From the NCBI GenBank assembly GCA_028023455.1, contig JAQFVV010000002.1, positions 32,550,001 to 32,614,000 on the forward strand: a DNA stretch of 64,000 bases. Reading direction: 5' to 3'. The notes under the pieces are model-generated. The model was given only the letters and a program-made list of their open reading frames with translations. It searched no databases and was not told the origin of the DNA. Both the position numbers and the translations under genes were made by a program. The DNA comes from Epiperipatus broadwayi (Eukaryota; Animalia; Onychophora). Positions 13,001 through 25,000 of the stretch are shown in pieces (the stretch's first letter is position 1; the number at the start of each line of letters is the position of its first letter).

Positions 13001-16000
13001 ATATAATAATTAAAAAGTTTATATTAAACTTAAGTTATAGCAAAAAAGTATTTTAGACCAACTTTCTAATTAAAAGTGAATAGAGGAAAAATGTCATATG
13101 AAATATTATAAGCTGATAAAACTCAAATGAAAATTTTAAATTAGGTTTTTTTTACTTTTGTATTATTTAGTAAAATAATTTGTTTTAAATATATTTATAT
13201 CTATTTGCACTTGACTTAATAAATATTAATTTGAAAAAAAAAAAAAAGATTAAGTCGTATACAAATTTTATTAGCCATTAATAAAGTTTTTTTTTTTTTT
13301 TTTGAAGAATCTTGTTGATATCTTTATTTCTTTTTGAAACATTTTATTTTTTAAGAGAGGAGGTTTAATTATCATGAAATTAATTAGTAGAATTATTGTA
13401 AAATACTAAAACAAAATTTTTCTCTTCCAATTAGAGATTTTTATTTTATGTTCATTTCCAGTGGGTTTTTTTTTATATAAAAATGGCTTTGTCTATCACA
13501 AGGATTACAATTGATAAATTTAGCATATCTTTTTGGAAAATTGTTTTAAATTTATATAGTCATTCCAGAAGTGTTTCAAAATTATGTCAGTTTTTTTTTG
13601 TTAAACCTTAGAAATTGTTTATAAAAAGATTATTTTATTGAATGAAAAGTTTTAAGACATTTAATAATTTTGATTAAGACTGAAAGAATTATTTTCAGTT
13701 CTCAAATTAAAATAATGATTATTTGCATTGTTTCTAATATTTTGTAGTTTGTTATAATAATTAACAAACTACAAATTTTAATTAAATCATATTTCTAATG
13801 AGCCTAAAAATTTGAAATCAAATTGTATTATTTACTACTTAATATCCTTTATATACATATTAAACTGTAACAAAATAGATACATTAGAAAAACCTGAACT
13901 TTTTTTTTTTCAGATAAGGAAGAAGAAGAAAGTATTGAATCAAGGAGTTGTATTCCCAGAACTATTAGTTTATCAAGTGAAAGCAAGTATATCGCAGTAA
14001 TGAAAGAATTACAGTTTGGTGAGATATGCTAATATTTTATCTTTTTTTAACGAGTGATGTTTTGGTTATAAAACTAAAATGTATTTGTTTGTTTGTTGTT
14101 GATTTTTTCCAGATACTTATGAAATGGCCCACGAAGATGAAAATGGTCTTAAGTTCCTTATTTCACATCATTATGAATCTAATGTCCGGGCAGCTGGAGA
14201 TGTAGGAAATCCTGCAAGGTCTCGGAGACTTGCTCAAGAGGCAGTTACTTTATCTACATCACTTCCATTATCAGCCAGTAGTAGTGTCTTTGTGCGGTGT
14301 GACGAAGATCGGTTAGACATCATGAAGGTAAAATTGTTTTCTTTTGGTTTTACTATCCAAATATCATTTTTTGGCAGTAGCAAGGTAAATTACAAAAAAA
14401 AAAAAAAACTGCTTATCAATTCTCATTGCTAATTATGTATTGTAATTATATCAATAAATTATATAATCCTTACATCAACTTTATGTATTAATTAACACAT
14501 CTGCATTTAAAAAACCTAGATTTTTGTTTTCTGTTTCTTAGATTACTGAAGTGTTTTAAATATATAGAAAATTAACTAATATCACATGCAAAAGGTTCAA
14601 ATTTGAATCTTAAGGCATCAGTAACAAAGACAAAAGTCAGAAGCAGATCTGGAAATGGATGTTATAGCAATATGTCATCTAATGATTCATTTGACTTACT
14701 ATAGATAATTCTAGAGTAGAGCAAAATGAACTCTTGGAAGCTTATGAATGAGCTGAGGAGGTTGTGTAATCTTTTTGTTAGAATTAAATGATAATATGAA
14801 TAGAAGCGAATTTATTTATTATTTTCTTGAAAGTTTGTGATGATGGTATTTTAGTTGTATTTATATATTGGGATATTTCCATCACTTTATTTAAATTTTC
14901 CAATTGCATTCGACTTTTAATAATAGCACACAGGTTACAACATTTCGAAAGGTATTCTTCTTCTCTCTTCAGGGGTTGCTGGCCTGGCCAGTGACCATAC
15001 TAGCATGGGAATCGAATCCTGGATCCTTAGATTCTTGATTATTGAATTTTAAAGTAACATTCTAACCAACTGAGCCATCCTGCCAAATTCAATATTCAAG
15101 AATCTAAGGATCCAGGGTTCGATTCTCATGCTAGTACTGTCACTGGTCAGGCTATTAATACCTGAAGAAGAGAGCACAGTAATATCTCGAAATGTTACGC
15201 GTATACTAACCTATGTGCTATTCCTAACAGTAGAGTGTAATTTGCATCAATATTATAAGTATTAATCGAATACAAGTCGCCATGAATATGGGACTATAAA
15301 CTGTCCCGAAAGCGCTTGGCGGTCAATTTTAATAATTTCACAGACAATTAATAGCTTCATTATCTGTCCGCAGAGCACACATATATATTAATTTATTTTA
15401 AGCGTTAATGAAGTAAAATCTTAACTATTCTCTAGTAATGTAATTTTATATGCGTTTTACACATGTATTAGAATATATATATTTATCATATGAAAAGAAT
15501 TAAAGAAATGTCTAAAAATTTATTCTTTTTTTTGTTTTTTATTCACTTCAGATATGGTGTCCATATTTTTTTATTATTTACATAATTTAACTGAGTGAAA
15601 AGCATTGTGAAAATTGCAAAGAAATGGGCAAAAGCGGGTTGAACATCATGAAAATGATTATTTTATTGTATGAAAAGTGAAGTTTGGAAATGTAATTTAT
15701 ATTATGTAAAAATAGATAATGTTTAGTGAACAACTTAAAAAAAACTTTTCATCACTCATATAACTTTCAAGCGGCAGATTTCACATATTGATATCAAGTA
15801 TCTTCGCCAATCTTTCTGTTCATGTTCTGCAAACTTTATAGCAGTCTCTTTCCTTAAGATCATCTTTTTTATATCTATTTTCTCAATGTCCACAAACTCT
15901 TTTACATATTCTTTGTAATTTTTGTTGTTTTAGATACATGCCTGATTCTTTTCTCCTATGCTTGTTAAGTTTTCTCAATTAGAAATCTTTTGTCATTTTT

Positions 16001-19000
16001 TTTTATTTCAATAATTTACATCTCTAATCGTATTCTTTTATCTTTATCTTTTCCTCTAAATCAACTTCTACAAAGCTTCCAATATTTTCACACACAAAAA
16101 TCAGCTAAATGTTTGCTTTATCTATAGCCACATCTTAAACATTTAGCAATTTTTTATAAAAAATAATAAATTTATAGCCGCCAAATAAACTGAACTTACT
16201 CAGATATTATATAACTTACAATTTCCAACATTAGATAACCGTCTGCCTAAATAATTCAAAGCAGTATCTTACTCTGCTCATACCCTGTCTAACACCTACT
16301 TCAGCTTTTATTTATACTCTCTACTTAAGTTGCTTTTATTTTGTTTTAGATATATTTGTTTCTATTCTAAGTTTTGTGCCAATTATAACAGTCATATTTA
16401 ACATTTAATAAAGCTTATCTTTATTAACAACAATTATTACTATATCATCAGCAAAATCTAATAAAATGAACTCTATTTTCCTGTGCTAATTTCATCAATT
16501 ACTAAGAAAGCAATCGTATAGTAGTAACTCGTCTAAATATGTTAAAAACCATTTAGTAGCTTTTTTTTTTTATCATGATTATATCACCTAGTCTAAGCTT
16601 TAGAAATTAATAGATGCTAGATGGCAGTGCTGTCCAGAACAGCATTCGATAAGGATTTAACAAGTACAAACATCTGGCATTTATTTATTATTCAGTTGCA
16701 TAACTGTGGTGAGAGAAAAAAGAAATCGCTACTAAATATATGTTAAACAGAATAGAAATTAGACAACAATTCTTTATTAGTTTTTTTACATTTACTCGTA
16801 GATATTTTCTGTCTCTTATAAACTTTCAATATTTCTTTTTTAACTTGCATCTTTCACAAGTAAGTAATATTAATCTCTTTATTTCTATATATTTTTCAAC
16901 AATAACCTTCATCATTTAATCCTACCTCTTTATTGTTTTTAAATCCAAGTTGTTTCTTCATATAAAAACATTAGTTGCATATGATGTTAATAAATATGTC
17001 TTTACAGATGTTCAAAATATAAATTAATAATAATATTAAAATTATAATATTTGAATTTAAAAAACTGCTGTCTGAAAATGATAGTTATTTTTGTAATAAT
17101 AAATTTTATTATAATTTTTCTTTTTAGGTTCTGATCACAGGTCCTGCAGACACCCCTTATGCAAATGGTTGTTATGAGTTTGATGTTTACTTTCCTCCCG
17201 ATTATCCCAATTCTCCCATGTTAATTAATTTAGAAACTACTGGGCACCATACAGTGCGCTTTAATCCTAATTTATATAATGATGGGAAGGTAAAATAATT
17301 TTGTTGTAATTTTTGATGTACCGTGTTTCCCCAAAAATAAGACTTAACCAAAATGTAAGCCTTGGCATGATTTTTGAGGATTCTTATAATATAAACCCTA
17401 GACGGCTTTTGTTTGCCCATTAAAACATACGATGGGCATATCGAATTACAAAGTAATGAATGTATAAATAAACAATATTATTCACATCAATGCTTTAAAT
17501 AAATGGTATTATATATTTTCCCGGTGACTATTTTCGAATTCTTCCTTTATAGAGAAACAATTTACCTACCATAAGTAAAGTATATCAAACAATTTATAAT
17601 TTCATTTATTAATATATATATGTGCTCTGCGCACAGTTAATGATGCGCAGAGCACATATATATATATTAATTTATTTAAGCGTTAATGAAGTAAAATCTT
17701 AACAATTTCATTTATATATATTTAGGTACTTATTTTATTTATATTTAATACTTAGATTTTGAATGCTTGATTTAGTTTTTGAGTTTCAGCATGATTAGCT
17801 TTTAAATATTCAAGATAAAAGAAAAATAATTGATTTCTTGAACATTTTTTTCCCTGAAAAACTACTTTATTAAAATAACGGAAGTGATTTTAATAATGAA
17901 AGCTTAGTTTAAGTTAAATCATCAATCTTTCTTCTAAAGAAAAGTTTTTAAAAAGAATACCCAAACAGTAATTTGGAAAGGGTTTATAATTTGCGTACTT
18001 GCTAACGGATGGACGTGGTTGTGTCATATATGAATCATAATTCAATATGCTGTATGTTGTAATGGACGACTTAATATACATGTGAGAAATAAAGAAATAT
18101 TTTTTGCAATTTCATGCTTGCATTTTTTATTGCATTTGTGTGGACAAATTATTCTTAACTGTAATCATTTATTGTTATCATTCCTGCTTTGCATGTCTTC
18201 AATTAACACTTGATTTAATGATAAATTTAGACAGAGTAATATTCTGATTGCCAGATAAGATGAGTGCAAAAAGAAAGCTATTCTATTGAGTATAATCTCA
18301 GAAATCATTTATATTTGAATAAACGTAGATTTTGCATGAAAAAATAATACATCCCCTGAAAATAAGCCCTCTAGTGTTTTTTGTTGCAAAAATTAATATA
18401 AGACAATGTCTTACTTTCAAGGAAACGTGGTGCATATATATTTTGACTTTTTTTTATTATTGTTATTATTAATATGACTATTTATAAATTACAGGTTTGC
18501 TTAAGTATTTTAAATACATGGCACGGACGTCCTGAAGAAAAATGGAATCCACAGACTTCCAGCTTCCTCCAGGTGAAATCATTTCATAATTGCAATTGCG
18601 ATTATTTTTATTAATAATTTCAGGCTTTGCATTTTAGAAAAATAATACATTCTGCTATTAAATGTACATTTAATCCAGTTTACCATTTCTGAGAATCAAT
18701 CTGTGTGTCACAGCTGTTACACCGTTATTGTCACTACACTATGCAGCCCTCTCCCATATATGATCCTAAGGCAACTCAAAATCCATCAAAGATCCAAAGT
18801 GAATCATTAGGCAGTGGATATACGTATGCTAAAGCTTTATATAACTACAAATCAATAAGTACTTAAAATAACTTATAAATGTCAAATATACATAATTTAA
18901 TGTATGTGAAATTTAGACGGCAGTAACAACCCCCACCATTAGTTATGGATAATTAACATTTGAACATCAGTAAATGATAAAGAATTGTTACCGCAATTGA

Positions 19001-22000
19001 AATTCATATATATATATTAACGATTTTAATAAGCCCGTAAATAAGTTGCGGCTTATCAAATATGTAACTCTGACATATAAATGTATTACAAAACAACCAA
19101 GTCCAAAAGCATTATGGTAATTCACATGCTATTACTCTCAAAGAATCATTCAAATGAAATTCTTATCTAACAAATAGATTGCCATTGATATAAGAAAGGT
19201 GGACATTATTTCAAATGTATTTAATTCTTCGGAAATCTGGCTTGCGAATTATTATAGGAATAAGTTTATACCCAGCCTATGGTAAAGCTGTTATTTTTTT
19301 AAATTAGTTGATTTAACTTCTTTTTTTTTTAAGATTTAATATAAATTAAACAAAAGATTTTAATATTATATAACTAAATGTGATCAATTCACAATTGAAA
19401 AATTAAAATAAAAAAATGTTTGGAACAACCCGGCAAGGTATATTTCTGAAGTGTACATAATAAATTAAAGAATTAATAAAGCTAAATTAAAATTTTTAAA
19501 CATGGCTGTTATATTTGATAAGTAAGTTATATAAGTTGGGTATAGATTTCTCTATAAATAAAATCCACACGTAGTTGTGAATTTGACAACAGACAAAGTA
19601 ATGATTATTTACCGGAGAAGCCACAGTACATCACATCACAAACATATATTGAGACAACAGACAAAATAGGGATTTTATATATGAGGTTTTTGGATTTGAT
19701 TGTAATTATATGAGCGTGTGGTCTAAAATTTAAATCTAAGATACTGTTACATTTTTTGATAATTTCATATATAGCATGTACTTGTATATAAATTTAACTT
19801 ATATTTATTTATAATGAAATATAAAATAATAATAAAAAAGATGGATTAATTTGGCTTAAATGAGTCACTCATCTTTCAACTGATATTACAAGAGAATAAA
19901 TTCTCAAAATAACCCAATTACCTAAAATATATCATTTTAAACTGAAAAAGGCCATGTAGTTCTAAAATTGAAATCAATTACATTATAAGGATAGCAAACA
20001 ATTACGATCAACTGCAGTTATTTGTTCATAGTCTTCTGCTGACTATTATTCTATCATTGGGCATAAATTAAAATGACTGTTATTTTAAAAAAACCTAACA
20101 ATTTACTAGTGCTCTCGAAAATTGTGTTCTGATTAGAATTGTCATGATATCGGTTATACTTATTGAAAGTTCTTGAATTCTAAATCTAAATTTGAAATAT
20201 AGCAGCCATATGTTCGTCAAAAAAATGTCTTGTTGACTATAGTATGATGGTGGAAGCTGTTGCTGTGGTGAAATTATAGTGATTTAATGTAATAATTTTT
20301 TTTTTTATAAAATCAAGTGAGATATTGACATATATTCAGAAATATGGACTTATAGCACATTTGGATTATAAAGTATTGTTGGAGTTTTATTAGAATGTAC
20401 AAGATGTTGTAATACGTCGAGTCATTAAGAGTGAATGTATTTTAGAAAATTCCTGGATGAAAGGCAGTCTGGGATTGAATGAATAGTTTTTCATGATTTG
20501 AACTTCAAGTGTAATAATTTTAATGATATCCCTATATATTTTCTCATGATTATTGTTAATTCGTTGATGAAGAAGTAAATTACAGATAATGGGAGTTAAA
20601 GTTCTTATTTATTATATAAAAATGTAGACACATGTATCGATTGTTAGTATGTATAATCTTTGTATTAGTTTACGGTGGAAACTAATAAGTAATGCTTTTC
20701 TGGATTGTGTGACTAATTGTTGGTTTAGCCTAAATGCAGTATTAATTTTCTGGTTTAAAGGAAAACGTGTGAAAATGAACAGGTGGTTCACATACATCAA
20801 ATTTAAAATATATATTGTTTAGAGATATGTATTTCTTTAATCAATAAGTCTTCCATTTAGCAATTTAAGTAATTAACGCATTGTGAAATCAGAAGTTGAT
20901 TGTTATAACATTTACATCTAGTCTTTTATTTATGTATATATATATACAAAAAAATTTCATGTACATACTGTATATATGAATAATGTATTTTTATATTTAA
21001 GGTTTTAGTGTCAATACAGTCATTAATTCTAGTAGCAGAACCATTTTTTAATGAACCTGGCTATGAACGATCTCGGGGTACTCCTTCGGGTACTATAAGT
21101 TCCCGGGAATATGATGCCAATATAAGGCAAGCAACTGTTAAGTGGGCCATGTTAGAACAGTTAAGAAATCCTCCACCATGTTTTAAAGATGTAAGTAAAA
21201 GACTATTATTTTTTCATATATATATAAATGTATTCAGAAATTTATTTTTAACATTGTTGTATTAGGGTTATATAGTAGTTATCATTTGAATTTATTTTTT
21301 TTTAATTCTATTTGTCAAAGAATTTCAGGATGAAAAATGTTTAATAGATTAAAGAAATATTTTAGAAAGTTTATCAAAATATTGATTTAATTCAAATGAA
21401 ACAAATGTCACTCATTAAAATTGGGAAATTAGACAAATTTAAATACTACCGTCTGTATTTTCCACAAAATCATTTTGATGATGATGATTGTACTGATGAT
21501 AGGGTTCTAAATTGCTTAAAATTGAGTGTTTTTTTTGTTTTGTTTTAGTTTAAATAGTTTTACTTGGTTTTTTTATATTGTTTGATCTATTTTTATTTTA
21601 TGTAGGTAATATATAAACACTTTTGGCTAAAACGGAGGGAAGTTATTCAACAGTGTGAAAATTGGATAACTGAAATGGAGGGTTTTAACAGTGATAGAAG
21701 AACAGGGCGAACGGTAGCAGTAAACACAGCAGTATTAAAGGTAATAATATCGTGATAAAATATATTCATTTAAATATTGTATTTTCTATTTTAGTAGCTT
21801 TTATATTATTCTTGTAAGTATCTATACAGATAAATAGGAAGATAAATAAATATATAGGTGGGTCTATGTTTAAAATTTATTTTTATTTATTATTTACTTA
21901 CTTCTTCAGATATATTTTTAACTATTTCACTGCAGTTTTTGTCACCATTTCTTTTCATACTTGTTTTTCTAATAATTTTGATAAATTTATATATAAACTG

Positions 22001-25000
22001 ATTGTTTAATACGAAATGCTGAGAAGTTATAATCCAATCCCTGAACAATGAAGTCTAAATGTATGTGCAATAATAGTAATTCACAAATCAAATTCCTACA
22101 ATCACTTTAATAATTTATAAACAACAGTCTCGTTCTCATTATCAATACTAATTTATCATTAATAAATAATAAGATAATGCTGTTTACAAATCTTTTACGA
22201 ATCATCATATCTCACTTTACCTTCAAATAATGGACTAGTCCAGGTTCCATCTTATCTACATCGGATTGAGCATTCATTGCCACTAATTAATGCATATACA
22301 AAGAGATGACTCAAAGCCAATGGTAAGAATAGACCAATAGGCGATGATGCTCACTGAATCTGAATGATTTCATTAAGGATAGGGATTTGGCAATAAATAG
22401 TTGGCGCTTATGAAGGTAGGATCAGAGAACTACTGTCAAACCTGAATGGCAGTATACATATTATCCAAAGATCTACTGTCACAGAGCCGAAAGACAGAAT
22501 CTTCATAGTTTTCTCTTATGTAATTTTTTACTTTTGGGAGCCGTGCATGGCCCCATTCTAATTCTTAATTTTCTGTATTTATTTCAACATGTTTTATATT
22601 TTTAATAGTATATTTTCAAATTATTATTTTACTCTAAATATATTTAAGTTATTTGTCTGAAGGCAGGTTGGGATAACTAGGCAATAAGGAGGTATGATAA
22701 AACTTGATCATTATCTTATGATAGCTTGCAGTCTTCTTAATATTCTAGCGAAGGTGATGCCAAATCTCACAAGCCTTTATTCTTCGCAACTATTCATACT
22801 TTTGGAGAAAAAATTCTATTCTAAGGTTCCCAAACAAAATATCTCTCAAGCTTTTTTCCTATTTTATTTAGTTTTTATTTTAATCATTGCAAATCTACAT
22901 TTTTATTATGATCGTTAAAATTTAAATAATTGAACTTAGGACATTGTTATTTTACCAACATTTACAACTTTATTATTCTTTTATGTAACTTATGTGTAAT
23001 TTCATCAATTCTGTTGCTATATTATTAAAACTACTTTTGCCATCTTCTTAATTATCACTGTATCAGACTACAATCTTTACACTAAACCCTTCCTCCTCTA
23101 GTGGCATTTCTGCTTTATTAAAACCCAAGATTTAGTTTTTATCTAAACAAGTAAACAATAATGTTATCTACATCTACCTATTAATTATCTTTTTGTATAT
23201 AAGTTAATTAACTTTTCTTATACAAATTGTAATTAAATTAGGAACACTAAATAAGAAAAGCAATTTGAGTATCTTTTTATATAAATAAACTGCTCACATA
23301 TGAATTTCCTTCAAGGGTTCTTTCTTTCTTTGTAATTATATTTTTCAAAATTTAATAAAAACAAACCTTTTAATGAGAATGGTGATTTTGATAAGAATAG
23401 AGTTAGCAGTTGGGGGCGGTGCACATGGGTGAATTGCGTACATTATTCTGATGATTTAGTAATGACCGAGAATGAGCTCCATAAATTGTTAATTAGGATT
23501 GATGATATTTGAGGTAAGTTTGGGATGAAAAATCGGTCTAAAGCAATAATTTTAAGTGGTGATAATAAAAAGATTGTGAATGACAGGCTGAAGGCTTTAG
23601 AGCAGGTTAATACTTTTTTATTATTATTAAATGTTTTCTTGTAGCTAAAAACAGCAACAAAGATATTAAAATGAATATTATTATGGTTAAATAAGCTTCT
23701 AATAAAAGATTATTATATAAATTGTTAAAATTGGAATTTTAAAAAAAAATTTATATAGCACATTTAATTCCACAGTTCTAACTATTTCCTTTAAATTAGT
23801 GCTTCCTAAAGTGATGAAAGCCCTCTGGAAGTCGAAGTGCTGGCATGATTCAGGCAGAATAGTAGACTCAGATGATAAGGGAGCAGTGAATGCATAAAGA
23901 AAGAATATAAAATTTTGAAGATTCATTTGTACATTTTATTTATATCGTTTAAATCATATATGAATTTAGTTTTTTAAAACTTTGCGTGTTGGCTTGCTAT
24001 AGTAAATCAATATAGCACTAAAAAACGCAATAACCGCAAAGCTAAAAATGTGTAGTATTTTATTAAATCATAAACTAACAGCCATTATACAATAAGAGCT
24101 ATGAATATGAGAGCCGTGTCTCTTGAAAGCGTTCAGCGTATGATTTAATAAAATCATATATGTTAAATGGTCAGTAAGTTGTGTGTTAATAAGGAAAAAT
24201 TATTGAAATAAGGGCGAGTTAAAATTACTGATTTTTTTTTAATTGCTTACTGATAATTTATTTTTTTATTAATTATTTCTTGATAAATTTAGTTTAATAT
24301 TTAACAATTTATTAGCAAATAAATATATCTAATAAACCCAGTTTATTAATTTCATCAGTAGTTTAGTTCTTTTGTTTGTTGTTGTCTTACACAGAAATCA
24401 TTTTCTGTCATGTTCTTATTTTAATAACACAATTATTGATACCCCTACTATGATAAATAAACATAAATTTTATTTTTACTACAGATAATATCATGACTGA
24501 ATCTAAGAAAAAACGTAGACAATATAATGTTAATGATGGCTTTATTCAATTGTCTACAAACAATTTGTCAAAAAAAATTTTTTTGAAATGAAGCTATGAA
24601 ATCTTCATGAACATTTGATAAAAGTTCTTGTTGTTTCAAGGACTTAAAGAATAATTTTTTGAGATATCCGACATTGGCAAAATTTCTTTTTATACCATCC
24701 GAAACAAGATGATGACGAATTTAAGTACTTCTTATAATATTTGCTACTGATTGCTAAATTGGGAAAATCATACGCTATTGATAACAGCTATAGATGACGT
24801 AATATATATATATTGCTATACAAGCCAATAAAATGGCACAAGATGTTGAAGGGATTCACATCCCCGTTCTCTATATTGCTTGACGAGTCAATTTTTGTTA
24901 CTTCTAGCATTATTCATAAAATGTGCACAGTATATAAATTTTATTTTAGCTAAGAGGATTGAATATATTTAATTTCTAGAGAAAATAAAGCGAATTTGTT

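Noticed and set aside
14990-15125. tRNA gene
   Set aside because: A and B boxes are present but there is no full cloverleaf; embedded in an inverted SINE pair.
23445-23480. CTGATGA motif
   Set aside because: It is the YSDD codons of a LINE RT remnant, with no GAAA or stems.
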